Assembly (NCBI GenBank): GCA_002189035.1
Contig: NEEC01000004.1
Span: 248,001 to 312,000, forward strand
Reading direction: 5' to 3'
DNA length: 64,000 nucleotides
Source of the DNA: Utricularia gibba
Taxonomy: Eukaryota > Plantae > Magnoliophyta
Position numbers and translations under genes: made by a program. The notes under the pieces were generated by a model. It was given only the letters and a program-made list of their open reading frames with translations. It was not told the DNA's origin and made no database searches. Below, piece after piece: positions 24,241 through 38,337 of this stretch (its first letter is position 1; each line of letters starts with the position of its first letter).

Positions 24241-25967
24241 TTAGAATCCCAGAAGTAAACTACCAGCCACCGCGGAGGTCAGAGGTACTGTGAGGTTATC
24301 GTCAAGAACTGTACTCAAAGGATGGGATTCAACTAACGCAGCAGCAATAGAAACCGCAAGGAACCCCAAAGCCATCTTGCTGCTCCCATGGATGTACCCC
24401 AGTGAAGAAAAATACCACATGTATCTGTTTTCCAGCTCATTAGTATCATAACATGCAATCACAGCTACATAGAAACGATGGTAGGTTGGTATCCAGCCAG
24501 ATCTTACCCAACAGAAGCCAGAAATCCAGCGCACCCCATTGATATCGTACCCATATACGATTTTTTCTGATTGTACGGAAGTTTCTTCCTTCCAAAACGC
24601 CTGCCCATAATGTCAGCCATACCTGAATTCATCAATAAAGGAGAGTTTGTTATCAAGGATCTGTATGTAACATTTCAAGTTTGTAATTGTTTTCAAGGGG
24701 TGGGGGGTTGCTGCTAAATGCTATACCATCTCCTGCACATAGATTGCAAATTGCTGCAATTGCTATCGGTGATCTCCAGTAGAAAGCACTAGCAAAGGTG
24801 ATTGTGCAAGCATAATATAAAGGGCCCTTGAGAAGCTCCCTGGATACACGGAGGATCCATCAAAGAGACTAAATTATGTTCGACTTAAATGGAACATAAT
24901 TCACAAGCAATGATAATGGGTTCGATTGATCCTGAGAAGAGCTCAGATCAAACCTGTAATCACCATCTCTGCTCATGGACTTGACAGTTGCAGCATCCTT
25001 CCATACCCCGAGTCCAATAAGGAGTACTTTAATTATATTAATAGCCGGAATGAGAGCTGCAAACAGAGCCCCTTGTTGACCAGAACTGCAAAAATGTAGT
25101 GAATAGCTCATTAAGCAGCTGCATTCTTTCGCCATACAGCAATAACCCTCTCTCTCTGCCTCTATCGTTAGGAAAACATCCTGTTATCATAAAGCTGATC
25201 TTCGAACACATGACAGAGACGAGAAGAAGCTCATACAACATTCATATGTGTGGAAAAATACCTGAACATAGGCCAACAGAGCATGAAGGTTAACCCAACA
25301 GAGATGTGCACAAGCTTCCTGTTCATTTTCTATGCAACACCACAAAAAAAGAAGAGAGAATAAGAGGGTCGCTAAAGAGCAGTAAGAAGCAGCATGAAAA
25401 ACCAGAAATAGTCATTTATGATCAAACTCGAATCAATTTAACACAAAAAAAAAACGTGAATGCAATCCCTAAATCCGCATTCTGAAAACAAAAATTAGAA
25501 AATTGTCGATGCATTTCTGGAGACACAAAAACGAATTTATCAATCCAGGACTCACGAGAGATACATCCATATCCTTCAATTTTGCATCCTGGAAAGCCAA
25601 CTAGTTGGACTCTCCTTGAACCATCAAAACACTCCCATTTCGTACCACTTTACAGACAGTTACACAAAACCCCAAAATAAGAGCAGAAATGGGCGAGCTT
25701 CACGACGTCTACCTGATCAAAGATGCCTCTCTCAGCTGTTTTCTCCCAGAGTTTAAGCAAAGACAAGGCGATACCGCTCGATAAACCGGAGGCGACGAGG
25801 TCAGCAGCAAAATTGATCTCGGAAAACATGGCTACTGAAGCCTTGACTTCGCGACAATTCTTACTCCGAAAAGCAGAAGTGGGTCTCAAGTAGTTGCACC
25901 CATGTAAACGCGAGCTGTCAGTTATCCAATGAGGCGAAACTGAAAGCATGGCCATTGACACTGCCAT
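24241..25967 (-). CDS. FOLK: Chloroplastic farnesol/phytol kinase (FOLK-like); exons approx 25967-25713, 25329-25262, 25085-24954, 24839-24727, 24622-24508, 24424-24241
   Basis: Transit-peptide-like N-terminus; KMNRKLVHISVG; ELLKGPLYY; AGDGMADIMGRRFGRKKLPYN; LVESHPLSTVLDDNLTVPL. Confidence 0.88.
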
Positions 25968-26039
25968 TCCCGTAGGCAGATTTTTTGGCTGTCAAAATCA
26001 CATTTTTTAGTTTTCGGCTCTGCGGCGGACACGACGCCA

Positions 26040-26272
26040 CCGGGAAAATCGTACTTTCACTCATTAATGGTAAAAACATTTAGATATAAATTATTTTTAA
26101 TAAATATTTTAAAAAACAGAATTTGGAGTTTTTTTAATTTTTTAAAAAATATCTTTTAAATTTAAAAATTTTAAATTAAAATAAATGATAGTTTTTAAGG
26201 TTTTATATCAATAAAAAAAAAAAAAAAGATGAGGATTTAAAGCGCAAACTAACCCTACTTTCAATTTGGCGC
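26040..26272. promoter_or_regulatory. E2F-type sites in the shared FOLK/TSO2 intergenic promoter
   Basis: TTTGGCGC at 26265-26272 (+) and TTTCCCGG at 26040-26047 (-); plant RNR small-subunit genes are established E2F targets. Confidence 0.6.
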
Positions 26273-26380
26273 AAAGCTTCTGCTCATCCCGCGTTTCTGG
26301 TGTCCTTTAAAAGCGCCGCCTCCTCCCCTGAGCCTGAAGCTGCTCAAGAGTCACCATTTCGAGTTTCAGTGCATTCAGTC

Positions 26381-27370
26381 ATGCCTTCAATCGATGAAGA
26401 ACCGCTTCTTGCCCCCAACCCTGATCGCTTCTGCATGTTCCCAATTCAGTACCCTGAAATCTGGGAGATGTACAAGAAGGCAGAGGCTTCCTTTTGGACG
26501 GCGGAAGAAGTTGATTTATCACAAGATCTCCGTCACTGGAACTCCCTTACATCTGACGAGAAGCATTTCATCAAACATGTTCTAGCCTTCTTCGCGGCAT
26601 CCGATGGAATCGTTCTCGAGAATCTGGCTGCCAGATTCATGAAGGAGGTCCAGGTTTCGGAGGCCAGGGCGTTTTATGGTTTCCAGATTGCAATTGAAAA
26701 TATTCACTCAGAGATGTATAGTCTACTTTTGGAAACATACATCAAGGATTCTGAAGAGAAGAGCAAGCTCTTCCGTGCGATTGAAACCGTTCCGTGTGTC
26801 GAAAAGAAGGCGAATTGGGCCCTTCGCTGGATCGAGGGTTCTGAGTCTTTTCCAGAGAGGCTACTCGCCTTTGCTTGTGTCGAAGGCATATTTTTCTCCG
26901 GAAGCTTCTGCGCTATATTCTGGTTGAAAAAAAGGGGCTTGATGCCTGGTTTGACCTTCTCCAATGAACTCATTTCGCGTGATGAAGGTCTCCATTGTGA
27001 TTTCGCTTGCTTAATCTATAGTCTGCTTCGAGGGAAACTTAGTGAAGAAAAGGTGCATGGGCTTGTGGCGGATGCAGTGAATATTGAAAGAGAGTTTGTT
27101 TGTGATGCGTTACCTTGCAGGCTTCTGGGAATGAACTCAGAGTTGATGAGCCAATACATAGAGTTTGTGGCGGATAAATTGCTGGTCACCTTGGGGTATA
27201 AGAAGTTGTACAACTCACATAATCCTTTTGATTGGATGGAGCTCATAAGTTTGCAGGGGAAGACCAATTTCTTTGAGAGGCGAGTTGGTGAATACCAAAA
27301 GGCTTCTGTTATGTCAAGTTTGAGTGGTAATGATGATTCCCATGACTTCAAATTGGATGAAGATTTCTAG
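26381..27370 (+). CDS. TSO2: Ribonucleoside-diphosphate reductase small subunit, intronless TSO2 type
   Basis: [10 protein letters not shown]...[34 protein letters not shown]...[13 protein letters not shown]...ENIHSEMYS...[10 protein letters not shown]...[16 protein letters not shown]...[14 protein letters not shown]. Confidence 0.95.
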   Translation: MPSIDEEPLLAPNPDRFCMFPIQYPEIWEMYKKAEASFWTAEEVDLSQDLRHWNSLTSDEKHFIKHVLAFFAASDGIVLENLAARFMKEVQVSEARAFYGFQIAIENIHSEMYSLLLETYIKDSEEKSKLFRAIETVPCVEKKANWALRWIEGSESFPERLLAFACVEGIFFSGSFCAIFWLKKRGLMPGLTFSNELISRDEGLHCDFACLIYSLLRGKLSEEKVHGLVADAVNIEREFVCDALPCRLLGMNSELMSQYIEFVADKLLVTLGYKKLYNSHNPFDWMELISLQGKTNFFERRVGEYQKASVMSSLSGNDDSHDFKLDEDF

Positions 27371-28019
27371 ACACATCTTTTTAGTACGTAGACTGCCTTA
27401 GTTTTCTTATGGAAACACATGGCTATGAAGTTTGAACTGCAATGGAGATGCAATACATCTCTTTATTCATGTTCTGTTATGTAATTTACTCTGCTCTGAG
27501 TTTTTTAATGGCAACAAGTTTTGAACCCTGAACTCTGCATGAAATGGAGATTTCATGTCCACTTTCTGATGGCAAGCACACCAATGTGAGTTTTGAACCG
27601 CAATGTAGATGCAGTGCAGATTTCTTCAAGTTCAACAAGATCTAGATCACATGTTTTTCTTGGGGGTATTATGTAGCCTGATCTTCTTACACTTTATCTT
27701 ATGGCAAACAAGTTTCTGTGAGTTTGAGTTGCTATGCAGACGCAGATGGACTAACTTTTTGTCACTTTGATGAGTTGACCATTTTAACTCCTTCGGATCC
27801 GAAACCCATTTTGGACTAGCCATTCGGACCCGACATGCCAAATTGGTAAACATGTGTTAAGTATGACTTGCAAATGGAGGTGTAGATGAATTTAAATTGA
27901 ACAAGATTTTCATTTCATAAAAGGCACGGAGCAAATGCAGAAGCTAAAAAGCAATGAATTGTTATCTTGAACATCCATAACGTCACTCACTCAGAGTTCC
28001 ACAAGGAATCTCTGTTAAT

Positions 28020-29572
28020 CTAGGACGGAGGAGGGGGTTGGGGAAGATTAGATTTTGCGAAACCCAACCATACAACTAGTCCAACCCCAAGGATGACCCA
28101 TCCACACGCATCATATATCCAATCAGAGTCTTTCTTCTTCTTGGAACTCTGCTGCTGCTGCAGAAAATGTAAAGATGAAATTGTTTGTAGATGAAGACAT
28201 ATAATATAGATGAAAGAGAACAGAAGTCAAGCATTGTCCCTTTCAATAAGACCTTAATATCACACATTCGAATAACCCTGCAGACCACAGATGCGTCGCA
28301 CTGATTATAATCATTAGGCATTAAAAAGAACCATGCTTTCTTGTTCACCAGGCGACACCCAGTAGCATGGAAGTGTTTTGATGAAAAAAGGGGGTGTTCT
28401 GCAGGCTATACAAATTACAAGCATGGCCAGGAGCTCGTGTAAAGAATATATAGAGCAGTAGAATCGTAACAGCTACCTTTGCACTAGAAGATGAAGAAGC
28501 AGCCTGCCCCATAGACTGCTGACCCAAGCCATGCTTATGGATCTCCGTATGTAATTCAGGAGCCTTAAACCAGACAACGAATTCATTATGTTCGTACCCG
28601 ATACAAATAAGGTGCTAAAGCGGCACAGGAAACAAGAATTATGTGTACATGGTCGGGAAATAGAACAACATGCCAACAATAACTGGTATTTTTATCCAAG
28701 TGGAAAACACATGAACAGTATAACAGCTCTATGTCATGCTAGAATCTTAATCTTATGCGTCAAACTAAACTGTGTTTCAGCATATACCTTCGCAACGACT
28801 TCCAAGGATTTTTTATATAGTTCGTTCTCTGGGTCCTGGATAAAAGTAATTCAAGGAATTTTAGTAAGACGAATTCATTTATACAAAACAATTCATCAAC
28901 CAGATTTACCAGCTCATAAGCTTGCTTATAGTACTGAGCCGCAGCTTCAAAGTCACCCTTGGCTTCTTCTTGATCAGGAGTCAGGAATGCATTAGAAGTA
29001 TATGCATTCCCAAGGCACCAGAGAGCATCGTGCTTGGACGGTTCGATAACCATAGCCTCCTTCAGCTTATCTATGGCATCTGAAACAACAAAAAAATCTT
29101 AGTTTCAACAATAACTTGAACAGTTTTAACCAAAACGACTAATTTAAACATTCCCCAGTTCCAATCAATTATCTCCCGTCATACATGTATATTTTGACAG
29201 CCCCTTTCTTTGCTAGTGCTAATAAAAAAAGCATATATTCTTAGAACCCATGAAGACAGCGCACACATTCGTCATCAGACCCAGTATACAAGAAATCATC
29301 GGTTTACTTTTCTACCATGAACCATCTTCTTCGAATCGGGACCGTTCTGGAACTGCGACAACTCCAGCAGCACACCACCCCATTTAGTAAGATTCTAAAA
29401 CAGCAAGTGAGGAAAAATCAGTGCGTTGAAATTCCAACAAAAAGAACGATCCTAGTGACATAGTGAGAGTAAGAACATCAGCATCAAGAGGATTTATGGC
29501 ATAGTGAGCTTCGGCGGTTCTTCTTGCGTGCTCGAAGAAGAGTAACCGATCGAACTCGCTTGACATCTCCAT
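28020..29572 (-). CDS. TOM20: Mitochondrial import receptor subunit TOM20; 6 exons approx 29572-29477, 29394-29316, 29079-28910, 28835-28788, 28563-28477, ~28157-28020
   Basis: [21 protein letters not shown]...[22 protein letters not shown]...[21 protein letters not shown]...[11 protein letters not shown]...[31 protein letters not shown]. Confidence 0.95.
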
Positions 29573-29950
29573 CTCCGATTCTTCGGTTTCACCGCGAACT
29601 CTAACGTGTCCGCGTGATACAATTAGGGCAGTGTCTGTGCTGGTAGGTTAATACGAAACTCAACTTCAGTTCGGCCCAAGGAGTTTGCTGCCCCTTTTTT
29701 TTATAAAACCCATAAATACACAATTATTATTATTGCAAATATTATATTTTTTAAAATTCGTTTTCTTTTTTCAGCCATTTTCATCTTCATTTCTTCAGTT
29801 GTTACTTCTACCTTCTGAAGCATTCGCAGGCCAACTGTTCCTTCCTCTCCACGCTCATTACCAGTACATATCCCTATTTTTTCTCCTTTTTGGATTGTGG
29901 ATCTTCGATTATATTGGGTGTGTCGGTCGGAGTGAATAGAAAAGATCACA

Positions 29951-31882
29951 ATGATGGAAAGAGAGCCGTCAGACGAAGACGAGGACCGTGAAAATCTAAT
30001 TCCGCAGAATACTAGGTCTGACGACGTTGGGAAGTCTGCTAACACTCTCATCGATCTGCTCTACAAATTGATCATGGTTACACTCGCCGCCTGTCGAGAG
30101 TCGCCGGCAGCTTGAACAAGAGGTATCTTTTTGCAGTTCTATTGCCATCGGTGATTTTGGTGCTCTATTTCACAACCGATCTGAGGAGTTTGTTTTCGGC
30201 TAGCATTCCTAAGATTGTTGGCGGTAATAGTCCTTTTGATAGAATGCGGGAGTCGGAATTAGAGGCGTTGTATCTGCTTAAACAGCAGGAAGTTGAGCTT
30301 TTTGATTTTTGGAACTACACCTCGTTGCTGAGTAAGTTCAATTTTACTCATGATTTGGTTAATTCAAATCCTTCTGGTGGCAATGGTGGGGGTCTGCTTT
30401 CGCCTTCAATGTTGGATGATTTGAAGTCTCGGGTGTTCAGCCAAATTTCTATGAACAAGAAAATGCAAGCGCTTCTGTTATCTTCACATGGAACTGAGGG
30501 TTTTCAAGACTTGAATGTGAACCTCACTGATGATAGTTTCCTGGATTGGAATCGATGTCCAAAAGTGGACCAAAAGTTTTCGAGCAGGAGAACAATAGAT
30601 TGGAATCCACGATCAAACAAGTATTTGTTTACTATTTGTGTCTCAGGGCAGATGTCAAATCATTTGATTTGTCTGGAAAAGCATATCTTCTTTGCAGCGT
30701 TGCTTAATAGGATATTGGTGGTACCTAGTCCTAAGGTTGACTTTGAGTTTCACCGTGTCCTAGATATCGAGCATATCAATAAATGTTTAGGCCGGAAAGT
30801 TGTTGTCACATTTGAGGAATTTTCTGCATTAAAGAAGAATCATTTGCATATTGACAAGTTCATGTGCTACTTCTCTTCACCACAGCCATGTTTTATGGAT
30901 GAAGATCACGTGAAGAAGTTGAAAGGCTTAGGCCTGTCCTTGAATAAAATTGAGAGCATCTGGGAGGAGAATGTTAAAAATCCTAGTAAAAGGAAAGTTG
31001 AGGATGTCTTGAAAAAGTTCTCCTCTGAGGATGACGTTGTTGCAATAGGAGATGTCTTCTTTGCTGATGTTGAATCAGAATGGGTGATGCAGCCGGGAGG
31101 CCCCATAGCACATAAATGTAGTACTTTGATTGAGCCAAGTAGGCTTATTTTGCTAACTGCTCAGCGTTTTATCCAGACCTTCCTCGATAAAGACTTCATA
31201 GCTCTTCATTTTCGGCGTCATGGATTTTTGAAGTTTTGGTACTTTCCTATTCCTTCAACCCATAGTTTTCTCTTGAGGCATTGTTGTCCTAAATCTAACA
31301 GTGAATGTGATCTTTCTCTACAGCAATGCTAAGAAACCTAGTTGCTTCTATCCCATCCCTCAGGCTGGACGATGCATCAATCGTGTTGTTGAGATGGCAA
31401 ATGTACCAGTAATCTATCTTTCAACAGATGCTGCTGAAAGTGAAACAGATTTACTGCAGTCTTTTATAGTCTTGAATGGGAAAACCGTACCACTTGTTAA
31501 AAGACCAGCTCGCAGTTCAGCCGAGAAATGGGATGCGTTATTATACAGACATGGGCTCGAGGGAGATCCTCAGGTAGACATCCACTTTGGTTCCTTTCAT
31601 TTTCTTAATTCCAACAAACCTTCGTCACTTATTTCTCCTGTTAACTGGTGAAACTTGTATACACCTCAGAAGTTAGAACTAAACCATGAATTTGTGGTGA
31701 TGAAGGTTGAGGCAATGCTGGATAAAACCATCTGTGCATTGTCTTCTGTCTTTATTGGATCTTCAGGATCGACATTCACAGAGGATATATCCCGGCTGAG
31801 GAGGGCTTGGGGATCAGAGTCGGTATGCGATGAATACTTGTGCCAAGGTGAACTTCCCAACTATATTGCTGAAGATGAATGA
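29951..31882 (+). CDS. O-fucosyltransferase family protein (OFUT36-like); exons 29951-31238, 31324-31573, 31706-31882; apparent 1-bp deletion near 30041-30045
   Basis: MMEREPSDEDEDRENLIPQN N-terminus; NKRYLFAVLLP; SGQMSNHLICLEKHIFFAALLNR; FIALHFRRHGFLKFCNAKKPSCF; VIYLSTDAAESET; VEAMLDKTICALSSVFIGSSGSTFTEDI. Confidence 0.9.
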
Positions 31883-32452
31883 GTTGATTGCTCTATGCTT
31901 TTGAAAGATGAATTAATCTGGACCTCAACTTGCGCTGCATTCATTTATTACTTACACTTGCCAAGAATTCCAATGAGCATCTGTTGTGTTTGATTGTTTT
32001 ATGTGTAAATGTATCCGTTATTCAGTTCCTCACGAATAAATTCTATTCTTTGTAGTGCTATACTGTTTAATGACCGATACCATTCCCTATACTCTGCATT
32101 TCTAAGGTTTTTGTGAATGCATTGCGAGCATGCATGTGAACAATTCAAAAATCATTTTTCAAGCCTACTTTGCCCGTCAGTAGCATACAAAGATGTTTAT
32201 TTTTCTGCATAGATTTTCCATATCGCAATGTACAGTAATACATCTTGTTTAAATGAGAAATATACATGAGTTTAGAGAAGAATCAGAAGAGTGCAAATTT
32301 TACATGATATAAGTTTATAAATTAAGACTTTTTCCCCCATACTCAGATAATGTTGAACTCGGCAACGAATAAAGCATCACGCACCCCATTTCAATACATA
32401 CCAATTAGCATGAAATGAAGCCTCCGGAAGAAAATCCCAGCAAAGCCATCTG

Positions 32453-35400
32453 CTACTCCTCTGCACCACTGTCGCAGTGCGGTCCCTCGTTTCCGACCGT
32501 TCGCTTGCTCATGTTGGCTTGCTGCACCAGCCGAACCAAGGCCTCGACCACTTCAGACATCGGTGGCCTGAACTCGGGCTCAGGCTGCCGGTCAATGTCG
32601 GTTGAGAGCCACGTCAGATGGAAAACTTGCATGAATGTGGAAAACTGGGTTTCAAGTTTAGCATTACCTGAACACACAGAGCAATTACATCGGCAAACCG
32701 AGAGAGAGACTTCACGGGGTAAAGCCCTTTGAGTGCTGGATCGACCATCTTCGACAGAGCATCTATATCATGAAGCTGCGGTGCTGCCCACCGGACTAAT
32801 GATTGCTCCGATCTTGGCCTTGAGCTGTTACCAGAGAAAAAGGTTCTTATGGCTTTAGCTCTCTTTTCAGGTTATACTTCTCATTAGGGAAAAAAACAAG
32901 CACCTGTCATATGGTTTGCGACCGGAGAGAAGTTCCAACATGATTACTCCGAAGCTGTATACATCACTCTTGATGGAATATTGACCAGACATTGTGACCT
33001 CCGGCGCAATATATCCAGATGCCTGCATGCAATCCACACCATTTATGATCCTTGATGGTAAGTATCAACAGGAATATGATCAGACTTGATTTGTAGAAGA
33101 GGGTGAGTTTGAGTAATACTTGATCTTGCTCAGAGACGAGATTTCCAAGCCCACAATCTGCAAGACGAGGATTAAGCTCTGTGTCGAGTAAAATGTTGGC
33201 AGATTTCAGATTTTTTTGGATAACATACGGTACACAGACTTCATGCAGATACCTGGAGAGAATGACCAAGTACATGACGGAAGTTGGATTGTGAATCATG
33301 TGGAAATGGATAGCAAGTCTTGGCTTACTCTAGTGCTCTTGCAGAACCCATTGCAATCTTTACACGGGTGCTCCATGTCAAAGGCTTACTGTATTCATCA
33401 GCCAAGTGAAGAAGATCATGTAAAGATCCATTCTTTTGGAAGTCATACACGAGGAGGTGCTGCCCGTGCTCATAACAGTAACCAACTAGCTCAGTTACGT
33501 TTGGATGATGCAGCCGGGAGCACTCTGAAACTATTTCAAGGAAGCTCTCAGCACTGCCAAGAGCTGACGAGTTTACCTTCTTCACAGCAAGAACCTGCAT
33601 CCCACCACACAGGGGTAGTTGACTTGGCAATAATATTGCATGCACGTCAACATGATCTTGTCAAAAATAGTGAACGACAAGGGATAAACTACCTTCCCAT
33701 CCTCTGTCTGAGCTCGATATACACACCCAATTGAACCTTCACCGAGAAGGTTTTCAATGCTGAAGCTATCAGTAGCCACTTGCAAGTCTGCAACGGTAAA
33801 AAATTTTACATTTATTGGAGCTGCAGTAACCTTCTTCGGGGAAACAATTGGCTTTCTGGAGATATCATCTTCATCAAACGATTTAGGGCGCTCAGCTGGA
33901 GGAGGTCTAATACTGACCACTGCAGGAGGAGTTCCAATAGCCTTGTCGCTCATGCTGGCTGAAGTTTGGATGTGCTTAATATCTGCAGAGAATCAGACAG
34001 TCCTTCAAAGAGTTTCCCATACGTATACATGAAAATAGCTTAGCAAGTACCTGTTCTTTCTTGTGAAGCTAGAGGCGCTGCAAAAGGCTCACTACTTGGT
34101 TTTTCAATGTCAGAGAACCTTCGTGATCGCCGCTTCAGGAGAAACAATGCCAAAACAGCTCCAACGACCAAAACAGATACAACTATCCCTGCTACTGCAC
34201 CACCACCTATGCCAGATTTACTAGGTGGACTGGAAGGTGCCTTACTGCCTTCAGAAATTGGTCGTGTGTTGGCTCTTGGGGTACTGGGTGGTGAAGGAGG
34301 GGCAGGCCCAATATTGAATAGATTCCCACTCGTTCTGTGAGCATGTACAACTGAAAATGATCTCCAGCAGGAAAAACGCATGCATATGGATATGTATGAT
34401 GGGCAGCCTACCGGAGAGCATTTATGTGTCTCAGCTGTGCTGGGATCCATCCAGTGAAGCGGTTGTTTTCTACATTTCTGAAATACAAAACACCATAAAA
34501 TGTTTTGGCACAATACTTCCACAAACACGAAATTTTGCAAAATACTTCAACTCACAGATGCTCGAGTGGAAGATTAGAGAGGACATCAATGGTTCCTGAG
34601 AATTCATTGTTTTGCAAGTACCTGGACATTCGGGAAGGTGAGTGAAAATTCAAGAACCACCTATGCTCAACAAACTTATAGTTCACTTACATATTCTTGA
34701 GACTTGTCAGTGACTCCAAACTTTGAGGGAGAGCATCCGACAAGGAATTAAAGGAAAGGTCCCTGAACATGTGAGCAAAGCAGCATTTCCACTATGAGGG
34801 ACAGACGTTAGAGAAACCAAGGATAATGAAGCATGAGATGATCTACCGAGCCTTACAATGTGGAGAGGGCAGTCAGCGCGTTGAACTGCAGTGTAACTTG
34901 TCCCTGAAGTTGGTTGTGGCTAACATTTCTGAAATTGCAATATATGGCAAGTTTAGGAACTAAGAACCTTCTTGTCTCAAAATATCAGACTAACAGGTAT
35001 TGCAGAGTGCTCATTAACGACAAGGAATACGGCAGGCCACCGATGAAGTTGCAACCAGCAAGATTTCTGTATTGGTAAGCACAGTCTCATGAGATTGGAA
35101 AACCAGAGAGTTAAGAAGAACGCATTGTGGAAAAATGTTCTCACAGTCTCTGCAGATTCGGAGGAAGCTGATATGCAATCAAGTTTCCAAGATTGTTGTT
35201 GCTTATATCACTGCAAAATGCTTTAAAACAAAATCAATAAACTCCCAATGTTCAAAGGATTGAACTTGGCTTACAATGTAGTCAAAGAAGTCAGGTGGTC
35301 CAGCTGGTATCCCATATTACCAGTGAGTCCTAGACCTGATATCACTCTGAGAAAAAATCCATAGAAATTAGATATCAGAATCCCGAAAACTGGAGGTGTA

Positions 35401-36051
35401 TTTGATGAAACAGTAGCAGCATTCTTGCGAAATCACATTTGAGTAACTTTTGAACCAGAACAGGTCACTCCCGTCCATGACTCTGCACAAGGATCACCAC
35501 CAGTTGCCTTCCAATTTGAAAGTTGTTGAGGTGAATTCAAACTGATGTACAAGACATTGAGGGTGGAAACTGTAAAAGGAGCAACATTCAGTTTTCAAAT
35601 TTAAAAACAATGCTCGCTAAACCAAATGAACTCAATACCAATCAATGTCACTTGGGTTGAAACTAGTACTGACGATCGATAAATTACAGCATCCCAAATC
35701 AACATGCATCTCAATTCCTAATGGACATATAAATGGCATTTCACCACAAACCCAATGCTGGAATTAAAGCTGAATCGCTTTCAAAATAGGTAGTAAAGGA
35801 CAAAGAACAAGGAGAATGAAGATCTCTACGCTAACAAGTGAAAAAATTGATAAAGATACGATTTTCAAGTTCGGGCATCTGTTTTCCCTTGCACGGTTCA
35901 AAAACTCATATTCTCTACTCATTTCAAGAAACGCAAGGCACTGGAAGATATCACACCGACCGTCGGCTGGATCTGTGACCGCGTTTGCAGAGCCAAGTAG
36001 ACCAATGACCAGCACCGCCACCGCCACCGCCAACTCCACCGGAGTCCTCAT
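32453..36051 (-). CDS. STRUBBELIG-RECEPTOR FAMILY LRR receptor-like kinase (SRF6/7-like), multi-exon
   Basis: Signal peptide...AVTDPAD; W...GGDPCAESW; [29 protein letters not shown]; [28 protein letters not shown]; [11 protein letters not shown]; [11 protein letters not shown]; [21 protein letters not shown]. Confidence 0.93.
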
Positions 36052-38337
36052 CTTGAACCCAAAGCTCAACCTAGAAGAAAAAAGTATTTATCTACCACAA
36101 TGGGCGGCCCGGACAGACATCCCCTTTTTCTTTCATCCCTTCTTTCAGCTTTGTTTTGGTTATTTGAGACAATTTCTGGCAACTGAATTCTAGATTATGA
36201 AAATGCAATGATGGAAGAGGGAATCTTGACAATTACAGCGTGGAAAACTCTCTCACCACTCCACCACCATACTCCTTCCCACAGAAAAGCTGGCAAGCAC
36301 GATACGCTAGAATAATCCAAAGCCACAAGTCACATAAAAAATAACAATTCCTTGCCTTCCCCTGTAGGATTCTCACAACTAGATTAAACTTGTAGACGGA
36401 TAAATTTATGTGAATATGTCCTTGTTAAACTGGTAAAACACTATTAAGTTCGACAGTAACATTGACTGAATACCCTGCGGAAATGCTCTCTCTCTGCTGC
36501 ACATTTACAAAGAGATGACAATAACGTATGATCCATGAAAACTGGGCACCACTCCACAAAGTTGCCATCTTTTCAGAGAAAGATCGTGCTTTTCTTTTCT
36601 TTTTCATGAGCCCCAGACCAATAATGAGATCAGGATTAAAAGTAAATTCATTCCTTCTGGACTCCATCAGACTTGCATAGTCACGGGGCTCTCCACTACC
36701 CCCCATAAGGGCCCTTACAGGTCTGCGGCTTTTGACTCACAACAGTCTTGTAAAATTTGTTTCTTTGTGAGAAAAGCTCCCTTTTTTTTTGTTATCAAAC
36801 TACGATTCACCCCACTAAATAAATCACAATCGCAATACCAATCAGTGCGAAAATGGTGATGAAGAGGACTCGATTAAATGACATCTTGAAATCGCATAGT
36901 ACACTGTCGAGTCCATCAGCGCATTTATTGGCTACTTCTACAGGTATCCACTTTGAATGAACCCTGGCATTAGATTCATCGGTGGGCAGCGTAGGCTTCC
37001 CTCGGGTAAACCTAAACCAGTGGCATCCCTGTTGTTGTTACATTCAGCCCATTCTTTTACGCTTCAATCAAGAACTGCAAAGCGACACATGGGGTTTTTT
37101 TTTTCCTCATTCTGAAAAGGAACTGCATTTTCCGGTCTTCCGGAGTCTGAATTTTTCCTTGTCGCCTCACAACTTCAACAGAAAGATACAGAAGAATTCG
37201 GGATCAATTTCTTCTTGTACGATAAGAGGGTAGTGCGGTGTGCTTGCTATCGATCTACCAAAATAATGCCTCTGCATTCAGCTGATATAAAGAAATGGGT
37301 CGCTGCAATAAATGGCGCTAGAGGTGGAAACACAAGAACTACCATCTATTTAGAGGGTGTCAGTTTTTCCTTAACTATCCAATCGAATGCGTACGTTATC
37401 ATTACTCATTTGGTACAAGATATTTTGGATTCTTTGATTTCACTTCAAGTCCAAATTTTGAATTCATATGAGTGTTAAAACCAGCATGGCACTTGTTTAT
37501 GGTAACGTTGTGCACCTGAAAATTCCATGTGTTCATGCGGCATGCAGGAGGGAGGGTCACCCAGATCCGCAAAAATGTAAAAATCGCCCCTTTCAGGTCT
37601 GGTATACGTCATTGTTCTGGGCTTAAATGCTTCAAACATCCAACCTCGTCACTAAATGTCTCATCAAAGAGAAAATCTAGAAGGGGGAGAGAGAGAGAGA
37701 CTTGGATTCATGGTAATGACAGTGAATGATAGATAGTAGTTCCCTGTCCAAATTCCTAGCTCTATAGCATGGTCCAATCTGCATGAAGCGCTACAGAGGT
37801 GCAAACAGATTCTCGTTCGAGATACCTTGAGAAACAAAGAAAAGGGCATCAATTAAATGTCACTGGTGTGCCCGACCAGAATTACAAGCAACTGCGAATG
37901 AAACATTGGATGCTCCTACTGCTACAAGAAACTTGGACACCTTTAACAACACCATGTAGAAGGTTCCTAGCCAATTATGTTCCACTTCTTGTTTTTTGTT
38001 TAACCGGTGGAACGAACAAGTAACTTCTGTATACGGATTTATGAAATAAATTGCAAGGCTAAGCTGAGATCCGAGAGTGTTCACTGAAACTGGTAAGGCC
38101 TTCGGCACGCCTGTATTTGCATGCAGTGCAGATGATTCATTTGAATGAACGGGCATGTAACTATTTGCTTCTTGTTTTGTACATGCATAAAGATCCAGAG
38201 CAACCCATGCAGTCACTTTGCTAGTTAGTCTCATGGTTTCCCTTCCATCTTCATTCTTTGGATAAACAATATATGCTGTCTGAATGCTGGAGTTCTTTTT
38301 TTTTTTTTTTTGTTTGTTTCTCAATGACAGGATTCAT

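Noticed and set aside
36856-36918. GTGATGA box-C-like motif with an 8-bp stem ggactcga/tcgagtcc
   Set aside because: No terminal box D (CTGA); stem too short for a miRNA or snoRNA call
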